DNA from: Antedon mediterranea
Lineage: Eukaryota > Animalia > Echinodermata
DNA length: 64,000 bases
Reading direction: 5' to 3'
Assembly (NCBI RefSeq): GCF_964355755.1
Contig: NC_092671.1
Location: forward strand, 22,704,070-22,768,069
Numbering within the stretch: the first letter of the stretch is position 1; each line of letters opens with the position of its first letter. Below the pieces are notes generated by a model, which was not told the DNA's origin, did no database searches, and saw nothing but the letters and a program-made list of their open reading frames with translations. A program made the translations under genes and the position numbers. Positions 50,620-63,397 of the stretch are shown here, piece after piece.

Positions 50620-53600
50620 TGTATACACTACTTCAAATCGGTTCTCATTGCTTTATATGAGAAGGGTATGTCAAGTTATAGGAGTGACAGACAGAAGATG
50701 TTACTAGCAAAAGCAGTTGAAAAAACTGGTTTGTTGGAAGAACAGGTAAAAGTAAGTAGGATAATTATAATGTAATATGTCTCTTAATCATATTATTAAT
50801 GCCATTTATGTCAATAAATGCTTTTTTTTTATTGTTGATCGTTCTTCTGGAATGCTTAATAGAGAGGCTAAATAAGTAATTTTTATTTTTTTATTGCTAC
50901 TGATTGTTTTAAACTGATTGTAGTTTCAACAAACATAATCACCAACACTCATGCCAAAAGCTCAAAACTCATCCAAAAAGCCTTTGATTTAGTTTGGTGA
51001 ATCGGTGATCTGTGTGTTCCACTTTCATAAAAAAAAATATATTACAATTGTTTATAAAATATTGAGTTTGTTTTGTAATAATATATTCAAGCTGTATCTA
51101 GTTTTTTGTATAGAGTATAACGATTATTATTAGAATTTGAAATAGAACAAAAAGAAAACAATTAATACTATATATTATATTATGTTCTTATAGGATTGGA
51201 TTGGCAACTACAAAAAAAAATTGTCCGGAAAAAAACGTCCCTGCAAGGAAAAGTTAAGAATAAGAAAACAAACGGGCCACCAGCTGTTCATGTCTGAACA
51301 CATAAAGGAAGGTGAATATAGATTGTAATAGTATGATTTGATTTGGCAAAATACATACATGAAATGGACATACAATAGAAAAGAGCCAGATAAAATGATA
51401 TACCCGTAAAAGTTTAAACTTATATTATATCAAATTAATATATTTTATGTATTTCATTAGAACTCGACAAAGGCAGAACTTATACCGATTGTCGTGTGAG
51501 TGGGCTAAAAAAGTGGCAGGGACTAAAACAGTCCAATGAATCTGCCAGTTATGAAGAACGGGCAAGACTGGCTTTGCCACTGCTCACGAAAAACCAAGGA
51601 AATTGAAAAGAAGGTTAGTAAAATTAATTTTCATGCAATGTGCATTGCTTGGCTTTTTAATATAAGTACTTGCTTCCCCAAATTGTTATTAAAGGTTATC
51701 AGAAGTTAAAACATACAAGCATTTAGATGATCAAATCGATAACAAACTTAAATTTGATGCAAAAATCAAGTTTATATACAATAAATTGAAAATGTGTAAC
51801 TTCTTTCAATGCAAGTTAAACTTATTTAGAATTGACTGCACCATTTTACAACATTTTAAATATAGTTTTATATAAGGACTTTAAAATTGGAAAAAAATTA
51901 ATATTATTTTAATTGAAATTACCTCTTTCATCCTCTTCACAATAAATTTGACAAAAGTAAGCATTGTAGCAGATTTACAACGGAAAAATCAAACCATGCA
52001 TACGTTTTATAATGAAATGTTGCTAATCAAGCAATTTAAAATTTGCTATAATTTCTTATAGATAGTGTAATATTGATTTTACTTTTATATTTTTCCTAGT
52101 CAATATTTTATTTTTTATTATCTTTTGTACAGTTAATAAGGCCAGTCGAGACATGTGTATTTCTGTTCTTTTGTGTACTAATTACCAACAATAATTATAT
52201 TTATGACAATGTACATAGATACCAGAAATAGTGAACCTTGGATGCCAGTGTATTGCTGTTATTTTGCATCCAAACAACGACACAATATTCTCCTTTGGGT
52301 CAGAGGAGGGTAATTATTTCATTGAGCAGGAGCAGCTTACAACCAAATTCTTATCGTTTAGTAACGGTAAGTAAAATAATTATATATCTATGGGTATATA
52401 AAATAATGAAAATAAATAACTTCAACCAAGATATTCAACTTACCTAAATAATTGATGAAACACAGAATGTTAAATACTAAAAGATTTTTTAAATAATAAT
52501 TGTAACATGACTTATGCTTACAATCTGATTTTAATCCATACAGGTCCAAATGCAACACAAGTAAATAAGAAGAAAAAGCTCAGACGAGAAGTGCAGGAGC
52601 TGTTAAATAACAAATTCAGTAAGTTCACAATTTTTTAAAATAAAGGATGTTTTGAATCAAAAATGTTATCCAAGTCAAACGTATTTTAAATTATTTTATA
52701 TTATTAATGCGATATCCACAGTATTTTGAATATTGCAATTTTCATATTTAATTTAATGTATTTTAAATATTTTCGTACAAGAATTTTAAATGTATTTTAA
52801 CATCTTACCTTTTCAAAAATATTACATTTTTGACAAATAAAGTATCCTATGTCTATACCAATCATCTAGAGTTTTTATCAAACTATTACTGTATTAATAA
52901 TTTATATGTACACTCATTATTATAAATTTACACTTCACTCTAAATTGTTAAACTCTGGGATGTTTTTTCAGAACAAGTATCAGGGAAAGATAGGGTGCCT
53001 AATACAAGGAGGTGATGAACGGAAAGTGGCGGGTTTGTGGCCTCGATCCTATTGGCTTTAAGCCAATAGGAAGGTACACTTACCAAGAACTTGAAAGCAT
53101 TATTGAAAAGAGCAATCACCTTAAATTTGAAGGCAAGTTTTAACTAAAATAAATGTGTTTCAGAAAATTTAGACTGACACACAGTCGCATGCATCAATGA
53201 TATCCAACTTTCGAATTATCAAACTATTTCATACCACAGTTTACCCTCATTAATCAGCATGCCACCTAACTTGTACCTCCATTTGTAAAAAAAGCAAACA
53301 TTAATCGCTTAAGAACATTTACAGTAATTAATAAACATTTTGAGGCCTTTCAGATTTTGGTTTTGTGAAAATTAATTTTGCAATTCTAGTGTATGTCAAT
53401 TAATCATCTGCAGTCATGACAGAAAGTAGTTTTTTGGATGATATTTAAATCTAAGAGATCTACAATATCTTTGAATTTGAAATTCTATAGTCAGTATCTA
53501 ATTTAACATTTTGTGCATGGTTAATATATAGTATATTAAGGCACACAACTATTTTCTTAAATAATATAGGTAAACAGTACTACTGTATTTCACTATAAAC

Positions 53601-53836
53601 TACATCTGCATATTGAATAAAATATAATTTATTGCAATTTATTCATCCACAGCAACAGAAAATGAAACAGTTATTGCTGATGGTAAGTTAAACATCATTT
53701 ACTTGATATTTAATGCAACCAAACAATTTGTTGTAAAAAGGTGTTCGAGTCTATTATATGATATAGTCTTTAAATAAAATATTTATTGCAATTTATTCAT
53801 CCACAGCAACAGAAAATGAAACAGTTATTGCTGATG
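50620..53836 (+). pseudogene. Spliced gene: HDX-like homeodomain, HMG-box-like segment and GTF2I-like repeat; two frameshifts; interrupted by Gypsy
   Basis: Exons with splice sites and matching phases: ~50620-50751, 51194-51311, 51461-51613, 52219-52366, 52544-52618, 52972-53132 (GC donor), 53653-53682, 53807-53836. Translation includes LYEKGM..KTGLLEEQVK/DWIGNYKKK, KQTGHQLFMSEH..KKWQGL..YEERA, and LRREVQELLNNKF..RVPYK..VCGL..FKP..Y..LE.I..LKF. Frameshifts near 51590-51606 and 53001. Confidence 0.7.
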
Positions 53837-54552
53837 GTAAGTTAAACATCATTTACTTGATGTCATATTATTTATGTTCTGATTCCCTGTGTTTAGATAA
53901 GGATGCTTTAGACCAGGTCCGCCTAATATTATTAGCCAATAAAAATCGTATAATTTTTGGAGGGAAAATGTTATCCTCCTCTGAAGCCTAAAATTTGCAT
54001 GTCCAGTATAAAAGTGGAATGTAATAGATATTAAAAGAAGGAGAGGAGAGAATAAGATCAAAGTAGATGTAATAATCACTACATGGTGGCAGCGGTGAAA
54101 ATTTTTGTTTAAGATACATGATTTAAGTATCAAGAAGAAGAAGAAGAAGAAGTGACAGTGCCTACTCTACGGGCCTGTTAAATCAGTAACCAAAAAGTTA
54201 AATGGTTACGAAGATCTGGATTCCTGACAGTTTTTATACCGTGCGTTGTTTGGATATTACAACGAAGAAGAAGTACTGTTGAGCTCAAGGCTGCTGGATA
54301 TTAATCGGAGATATATATTCACCGAGATCTGAAAGAAGAAAACTGAAGTCTGAAGTAACAGAAGGAAGCTGACTTTGCTGACGTTGTTTGTGACTTTGAA
54401 GTAAATTAATGACTTAGATTGTATTGCATTAAAAAATTTATGTGGATTTCATATTTTTACATATCTGAATGGAATCAAGGTAATACAAATACTTTTATAA
54501 CATATTTTGTATACATAAGTTTACATATTTCATTAGTAAAATTGTTATTAGC

Positions 54553-57500
54553 ATGACAACTTTAAGATCGGGTAAAAATATAGATAAGACTATGTCAGAA
54601 AAAGATACTAGGGAAGATATGGTTGACCAAGAAGAGGTTGACAAAGTCAATGAAATATATGATAAAATGGCTAGGGATATTGATTTGCCCGAAATACCCG
54701 GCGGTATGCCTAAAGATATGATGCTCGAATATTTTCGAATGAAGTTCGAGGCCGAAAACAAAAAGTTAGAATTACAATACCAACAAGACCAATTAAAAGC
54801 AGATATAGAGCAAAGAAAAATTGAATCACAAGAAAGAGTGAAAATGATGGAATTAGAAAATAGGTCTAGCTACAGTAATGCTAGGAATATAGTAGATGAA
54901 ATGAAGGTAAAGGTTCCTACTTTGAAGGAATCAGATGATATTGATATATATTTTAGAACATTTGAACACTTGGCAGAAGCCACAGGTTGGGATAAGAATA
55001 CGCGGTCCGCTAGGTTAGCACCTGAACTGTCTGGTAAAGCTAGGACAGCATATGCATCCTTAACCGTAAAAGAATGTGTAGATTATGATACCTTAAAGAA
55101 GGCAATCTTAGAAAAGTATGATGTGTCCGCAGAGACTTACAGATTTAAATTTAGAAATTCAAACAGAGTTAAAGATATGTCCATCAGGGAATGGCTGAAT
55201 GAGCTCTCCCATTATTTAAAATGTTGGATGAAATGTGCTAATGTAAAAGAAGATGATGCTGCAGGGATTATTGAAATGATTATAATGGAACAGGCACTTG
55301 ATAAAATGCCTGAAGATCTGAGGCTTTATCTTAGAGATAAACAAGTAAATAAGAGCTATGATATGGCTATGATAGCCGATGATTATATAGCTAATAGAGG
55401 TGGCCGTGGCTATTGGAATGCCGTAAATTCTGAAAATAAGCCTACGTATTATAAGGGCCAAGAAAATAGTAAACCTAAGAATAGTACGACTCAGAATAAC
55501 CCTGGAGCTAGGCAGCAAGGATACAATAGGTATCGCGGAAGGGGAGGCAAATTCCATAACTATGGTAGAAATTTCCAACAGAGAGAACCTTCAAATGAAT
55601 GGATTAATGGCCTATGCTTTAATTGTAAGGAGAAGGGACATAAAATAGGGGATTGTCCTAAGTTGGTAGCAAAAGGAAAGACTAGTGACACTAAGAAGGG
55701 CCCGAATGTGAAAGATGGCTTAAGATGTGAAGGAATAAAATCAGATAGACCCCAAGTAGTTATGGATAGTGTAGAAAATAAAATGGAGAAGTGTACAATA
55801 CCAGGAAAATTAGAAGGACAGGATATAACTATGCTAAGAGACTCGGGATGTACCCAGTCAGCTGTTAAAGGCCAGGTGCGGGCAAAAAATTTCTATTGAT
55901 CATACATTCCAATAATTATCGATCTATAGTTTCCCCTATGTTTCATAATTTTTGGGATTTTATTTGTGTTACACAAGCTTGTTGAAAATAAGCACTTTCT
56001 TATCAGTGGGGGGATAGTTCAAATTACACAGTAAAATCTCTATTCTTTTGTACACAAATTTTGTAAATAGAGAGGCATTTTAAAAAGCTATGAAAAATAA
56101 ACGGTGTGGTAAAAAAATGTTATCAGATGACTAAATATAGGTAATGTAACTTTAATATTCAATTTCTGATATTTTTATTCAACTTCAGCTTTTTATTTTC
56201 ATGCTATAGCAAAAATTATCCACTGTATATCCACCATCTTTTTTCACTGTCTAGGGAGTCACCAGACATGTTATTACATTAGGTTAACTACCTAACTACT
56301 GAAAAAAAGTGTTTCTGTTTTTTATGGAAGAATTTTGCCAAATTTTGTATTTGACCATATTAAGGGAAATTTATGTTTTTTCGTTTTGATTTCTGTTACA
56401 AATATTTGATTTATGTACAATTAACCAAATATTATATTTAAAATTCATGCCTGTACCTGAGCTTTAAGGAAAGTCTAGTGCCTAACAAATGTTACTTGCC
56501 AGGAAAATGGGTTACGTTAAGAGGTATAGGAGGCGATATTACCGTCCCCTTAGCTGAGGTAGCTATAGAAAGTAAGATAGTGACAGGAAAAGTGATTGTA
56601 GCCGTAATCGAAGGATTACAGAGGGACATGTTATTGGGTCATGATTTGGACCAGAATTGTGGGGAAACAATGGCTAAAGAAATGTTCGTCCTAACTAGGG
56701 AGCAAGCCAGAATAGAAAATGATGTTAGAATACAAGACGAAATGATATTGCTAGGAAAAGATAGTAACTTTAAGCCGATAGAAGAGCCGCCTAAAGAAAC
56801 TAATGTACAATTGTTGAAAACAGTAGTAAATGACAACAAAGTAAATAAAACTAAGTGTTTAGATGATATGAATGGAACAGAAATGAATAATTTGTTTGAC
56901 GAAAATGAGGATAAAGCTAAAGATAAAACAGTCAAACATAAAACTTATGAACAACAGCACAAGCTGAACCTAACTAAACAAGAACTGATCAAATTGCAAA
57001 CTAAAGATGACTCACTCAAAGGAGTGTTTGACAGGGTAGTCCCTATAGAAGAAATAGGTCAGCATAGGGTGTGTTTCTTTATGAGACAAGGTATATTGAT
57101 GAGAAATTGGAGTAGTATTAAAGATAAGAATAACCAAGTGGAACAGATTGTATTACCCACTCAGTGTAGACAGGGTGTATTACACTTAGGTCATAATGTG
57201 CCATTTGCAGGTCACATGGGTGTTGAGAAAACTAAAAGTAGGGTCCTGAACCAATTCTATTGGCCAGGTATATTTAAAGATGTGGTAGTCTATTGTAAAG
57301 TCTGTAAGGAATGCCAAAAGGTAGATAAGGGTAAAAGTAAAAGGAAACATACTTTGATACCATTTACCGATTATAAGTACACCATTTAAACGTATAGCGA
57401 TAGACATTGTTGGACCCTTATCTAGAACAAGCCGTAATAACAAATATATGCTTACTATAATTGACTATGCTACGAGATTTCCGGATGCTATCCCGTTACC

Positions 57501-58474
57501 CAATGTTAGAGCTGAAACAGTAGCCAGGGCTCTAATAGAAGTCTTTACTAGAGTAGGATTACCCGAAGAGATTGTACATGATCAAGGAACTAATTTCATG
57601 TCTTCAATTATGCAATCTATATGTAGTATGTTGGGGATTAATCAATTAAAGACTACAGTGTACCACCCCCAAAGCAATGGGCTTGTTGAAAGATTTCACG
57701 GTACATTGAAAAATATGATAAGGACACTTACAGTTAAGCAAAGAAAAAATTGGGATAACTACATACCCCCCTTTCTGTTTGCATACAGAGAAGTTCCTAG
57801 TAAAGCGACGGGCCATTCACCTTTTAAATTGCTTTATGGTAGAGAGGTGAGGGGACCCTTGAGTTTACTCAAAAGTAATTGGGTAGAAGATGAAGAAACA
57901 TCTACTGATGTTATCAAATACATGTTAGACATAAGAGAAAAAATGGAGGAATTAATGAAAGATGCTAATGTAAACAAACTTGAACAACAAGAAATTATGT
58001 CCCACAATTATAACAAGAATGCTATTGATAGAAAATTTGTAGAAGGGGACAAAGTGTTAATATTCCTTCCAGTAGGAAATAGTAAGTTAGACAGTAAATG
58101 GCAAGGCCCCTTCACTGTTACAAAAAAGGTCAATGATGTAAATTATGAAATATACATAGGAGGTAGAAGAAAAGAAAAACAAATTCTACATGTTAATATG
58201 TTAAAGAGATGGTATGATAAAGTAGAAATAAGTAAAGATGGCTATTATGTAGTAACAAATGTCCAGTCGATAGAAGAAGTAGACTTAAATGAAACAGTCC
58301 ATGACAATGAGTTAGATAGTGAAATAGACATAGGATTGTCTTATCATCAATCACAAACATGGAGAGATGTTAACGTTAGTAGTAATTTAAATGATACACA
58401 AACTAAACAATTAACAGAATTGTTAAAGTACCAACAGAATGTATTCTCGGATGTACCAGGTAGAACTCACTTGG
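54553..58474 (+). pseudogene. Gmr1-type gag-protease-integrase polyprotein, split by the Kolobok MITE and one frameshift near 57362
   Basis: Removing 55869-56467 joins ..GCTQSAVK to ESLVPNKCY in frame; GHMGVEKT..C..C; IDIVGP, HDQGTNF, YHPQSNGLVERFHGTLK, WQGPF. Confidence 0.88.
55869..56463. mobile_element. Non-autonomous Kolobok-like DNA transposon
   Basis: TTAA TSD (55865-55868, 56464-56467); imperfect TIR AGGCCAGGTGCGGGCA / TGCCTGTACCTGAGCT; purine-starting ends favour Kolobok over piggyBac. Confidence 0.75.
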
Positions 58475-61400
58475 TGTGGTAGTATGCAATATCGATCTAG
58501 CGCCACCTAGCGGGGATCGAGGGAGGGTTTAACATGGACGCGAGTCACGACAGTTGATATGTTGAATAAATGTTATTTGGATTGTGTTTAACGGTAGTCC
58601 TATGTACGTCTGTTTAAGTACAGTGTAGCGACAACAAACAAAGCATAATATGGTGTCAGAAGTGTGTCTGAATCGACTCATCCAACGCTCAGAAAGGTCA
58701 GTAACGATCGATTTCCGAGATACCTACCCCAGCGGTAGCCTAGCCTAGCGAGAATAGCGAGAGCGGTTGAACGCTCACACAACGACGTACGACGGTGGAC
58801 GATTGTAAACAAGTTGCATAGCAACCACAACGCAGTAAACCGCACAGCCTAGCCTAGGAATTGAAGAGATTTGAACTCCGTAAGTTATTCAGTAATTATA
58901 AGAATAATTATGGCAACGTTCATAAAGCCACCTGAAACATTAATTGTAGATGGTGGTAATCCATCACACGCATGGAACAAGTGGAAGAGGAAATTTGAGA
59001 TTTACCTCAAAGCAACAGGGAACTCAAAGAAAGAAACCGAAATCAAAGTAGGTCTGTTGCTAAACTGTATAGGCGATAACAGCATTGACATCTACACAAA
59101 TTTTAAATTCAAGCCTGCAATGCAAAATCCAGAAAATGAAGAAGAAATCCCAGCTGAGGATCCGAACGACTACACAGTTATAATGAACAAATTTGACGAA
59201 CACTTTTCTCGGCGCAACCCACAACTAATGTTACGGCAACAGTTCTGGCATCACTTACAGCGAGAACCAGGCCAGTCATTTGATTCATGGGTCACGACGG
59301 TGAAAGAAAGGGCGGCAGAGTGTAAATTCCCAAAGGAATTTCAAGAAGAAGCAGTTAGAGACAAATTAACATTTTCGTGTACTAACGACAGCTACAAGCT
59401 GAAATTATACGACGAGGGTGCAAAGTTATCCTTGACTAAAACTATTAGAATCCTTGCACTGAAAGAGGCATCTAGTCAAGAACTCCAGAAGTCTAAAACC
59501 GCAACCATTGACCAAGTCCGACCTAAACCAAAGCCGAGACCAGCAACGCAGGGGCAAACCAAGAAACAATACTCACACAACAAGGCAGCCCGCCCACAAA
59601 CGAATGAGGGGAAATGTCAGAAATGTGGATATTGTGGAAAGTCTCACCCATATGGAAAACAGAACTGTCCAGCAAAATCAGCAACTTGTAATGCATGCGG
59701 GAAAACTGGTCACTATAAGGTAGTGTGTAGATCAACTGCAAGCCGATCAAGCAGAGTCAACCAAGTCGATGACGAACACCCTTTCCTGATTAGTGGTGTT
59801 AGTGTCCAACAAGTTAACAGGTCACAGTTGAAAGATGCACACAAACAACCTGGATGGCACATCAAACTCAGAGCAGCCGATCAAGAACTGTCATGGTGTA
59901 TTGATACCGGTGCACAAGTTTCAGTGATGCCAAATATAGTGTATAAAAACCGATTCGGAGAAATGTTCCCAACCGACAAGACGCTAGTGGGTACAGGCGA
60001 TACACCACTGAAAACACGAGGATTTGTGGACATGAAGCTGAAACAACAACATGGAAACAACTCGGAGATAGAAGAAAGAGTATATATAGTCGAGAATGCA
60101 ACAACACTACTGCTAGGAGTTCCAGCAATTCGCAACCTTGGACTGATCCATGAGATACCAGGAACCTATAGTGTGAAAGCAGTTGACGTCAATTCTCCAA
60201 TTACAAAGGAGAAAATAAAGGAAGAATACCCAGGACTATTCAGAAGCCTTGGTAAATTAGACGGTGAATATACCATCAAACTGAAGGAAGATACCAAACC
60301 ATTTTGCCTTACAACACCAAGAAGAATTGCCCTACCACTGCTTGAAAAGACAAAGGCCGAGTTAGAGAGGATGGTGCAACTTGAAGTTATCGAACCAATC
60401 GATGAACCAACCCACTGGTGCGCACCTACAGTTGTGGTGCCGAAGCAAAATGGAGATGTACGAATTTGTGTTGACTTAACGAAGCTGAATCAGTCAGTAC
60501 GAAGAGAACTATATCATATGCCAAAGGTAGAAGAGACACTTGGTAAGGTGGCGAATGGAACAGTGTTCTCAAAACTCGATGCAAACTCAGGGTTTCACCA
60601 GGTGAAGCTGAGCCTAGAAAGCACAAAACTAACTACCTTCATTACACCTTTTGGGAGGTATGTGTTTAAACGTCTTCCTTATGGGATATCGTCAGCACCG
60701 GAGTACTTCCAAAAGCAGATGGACCGAGAGCTGAGAGGTCTAGAAGGTGTTGTATGTCATATGGACGACATTCTGATCACTGGCAGCAATCAGACAGAGC
60801 ACGACAATAGGCTCAATGCAGTACTGAAGAGATTAGACAAAAGTGGTCTAACTCTAAATAGTGCGAAATGCAAATTCTCTCAGACGAAACTGGATTACTT
60901 GGGCCAGATAATCGATGGTGAAGGATTGAGAAAAGACCCAAAGAAAATCGAAGCAATTATGAAAATGCAACCACCCACCAATGTCACGGAACTCAGACAG
61001 TTCCTAGGAATGGTAAACCAACAGATGAAATTCGTTCCTAACCTGGCAGAGACCACCAAACCATTACGGGATCTCATGAAGAAGGAAAATGAATAGGTTT
61101 GGGACCAAGCTCAACAAGAAACATTCGTCAAGATACAGAATGAACTAAGCTCAGACAGAGTACTGAAACTCTACAGCACCACAAAAGAAACCGTTATATC
61201 AGCCGATGCGAGCAGTTTTGGACTAGGTGCTGTGCTTCTACAGAAACAAGAAAATGGCGAGCTGAGACCAGTAGCCTATGCAAGTAGATCCATGACGGCA
61301 ACGGAACGCAGATATGCACAGATCGAAAAAGAAGCACTTGCCACCACATGGTCACTTGAACATTGGGCCGATCTGTTAGTGGGACTCAAGTTTAGAGTCC

Positions 61401-63392
61401 AAACCGACCACAAACCATTGGTTCCACTTTTCTCTACCAAGAACATTGACGAACTCCCTATACGAGTTCAGAGATTCCGAATGCGTCTGATGAGGTTTAA
61501 CTTTGATATAAACCATGTGCCCGGGAAGTTATTGTACACAGCCAATGCACTGTCAAGATCGCCGAGGCACAAAGAAAGACGTGCAAACGAAGAGATCGAC
61601 CGTGAAGAAAAGTTAAGGAATGAGGTAGAATGTTTCGTAAACAGCGTGATGGTGACTCTACCAGCATCAGACAAGAGACTGGAGGAGATAAGGTCAGAAC
61701 TGCGAAAAGACGACACTCTAAAAATGGTGACGTACCATGTTCAAGAAGGATGGAACGAGAAATCAGAGGCATCCGGCTATCTGCACAGCTACTGGAAAGA
61801 AAGAGGTAGCCTTTCTGTACATGAAGGCCTCCTCCTAAAGAGCAAACGTCTAGTAATCCCTCCAAAACTCAGAACAGATATTCTACGTTGTCTACATGAC
61901 AGTCACCAAGGAATTACAAAGATGAGAGCAAATGCAATGTCTTCAGTATGGTGGCCAGGGATATCGAGAGACATAGAGAAAGTTGTGAGGAACTGCGAGA
62001 TGTGCGCAAGATACAGGAGAAGTCAAGCAGAACCAATGCGAGGAACAGAGTTCCCAAACCGACCATGGTCTAGAGTTGGTACCGACTTTTTCCATTACAA
62101 GGGACGTAACTATCTACTTGCTGTAGATTATTACTCAAGAGACATTGAGGTCTGCATTGTCACAAAGAATGTATTTACGAAAAAAACTGTTGCCAAATTG
62201 AAGAAAATATTCAGTCGTCAAGGCATACCAGACGTCCTGTTCTCAGACAATGGACCACAATACAGCTCTGACGAATTCAAAGCATTTGCACAGAGCTGGA
62301 GATTTGAACATGTAACATCATCCCCTCATTTCCCACAGTCAAACGGCGAGGCGGAACGAGCAGTACAAACCATCAAATCCTTCATGAACAAGTGTGACGA
62401 TGAGTATTTGGCAATGCTACAGTACCGTAACACACCACTTCAAAATGGGTATTCACCAACACAGTTGAATATGAGTCGGAGACTAAAGACAAGAGTGCCA
62501 TGCCACCCAGAAGAGCTCCGACCAAAACTACCAGACCAGACTGACCTTAGACAGAAAGAGGAGAGATATAGACGTGAAATGAAGAGAAACTTTGACAACC
62601 GTCACAGAGCTGCAGATGCGGAACAACTAAGTCCGGGTGACAAAGTATATATACCGGACTTGAAACGTCACGGAACAATCACGGGATACCACAAGGCACC
62701 CAGGTCCGTGTACATCGATACGGATGGAAAAACAGTGAGAAGAAATCGTGCAATGACACGGAAGCTCACTAACAAGGATGTGATGATGCAAGAACAACCA
62801 AAGGAGAGAGATGGTGAGGTGAAGGAAAACCAAACTCCAACCAATCACGATCACTCCAGCGATGCGGGAACGCCAACTGAAGCGGACATCCACAACAACC
62901 CGAAGCCACCGGAAGCATCAACACCATCGAATACCAGACCACAACGGAACCGGCGAAGACCACGTTATTTGGATGAATATGTAACATCCTAATTTCATAT
63001 AATGAACACTGATCTATAATCACTCACCAAAAATAAAAACACTGAACACTGATTTGATAATGAACAATATCGGACCTTTATTGAAACACAGATGGAAATT
63101 CAATGATTGACATGATCTTACTCTAAATGTTAATTTGTGTTTAAAGTTAAAGTTTAGTTGCTGCGCGACTTAAAATTATAAAGCTGATTAATCAATCTCT
63201 AAAAAAAAAAGGGAGATGTGGTAGTATGCAATATTGATCTAGCGCCACCTAGCGGGGATCGAGGGAGGGTTTAACATGGACGCGAGTCACGACAGTTGAT
63301 ATGTTGAATAAATGTTATTTGGATTGTGTTTAACGGTAGTCCTATGTACGTCTGTTTAAGTACAGTGTAGCGACAACAAACAAAGCATAATA
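58475..63392 (+). mobile_element. Young full-length Gypsy/Ty3 LTR retrotransposon nested in the Gmr1-like element
   Basis: 176-bp LTRs 58475-58650 and 63217-63392 with one visible mismatch; TSD CTTGG; PBS TGGTGTCAGAAGTG (tRNA-Leu type) at 58651; PPT 63201-63216. Confidence 0.97.
58910..62992 (+). CDS. Gag-Pol polyprotein (two CCHC knuckles, PR, RT, RNase H, IN) with one in-frame stop at 61094-61096
   Basis: IDTGA protease, HMDD RT, DASSFGLG RNase H, H..HQG..C..C and SDNGPQY integrase; ORFs 58871-61096 and 61232-62992 share a frame, with TAG where W is expected. Confidence 0.9.
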
Positions 63393-63397
63393 CTTGG

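Noticed and set aside
52238-52447. ORF-track 69-aa ORF
   Set aside because: Wrong frame; the splice-bounded exon 52219-52366 reads IPEIVNLGCQCIAVILHP in another frame.
61094-61096. Programmed stop-codon readthrough in Gag-Pol
   Set aside because: The TAG lies in the RT-RNase H linker at a conserved Trp, not at the gag-pol boundary.
41218-63023. Antisense ORFs overlapping LINE and Gypsy ORFs
   Set aside because: Shadow frames of real coding strands.
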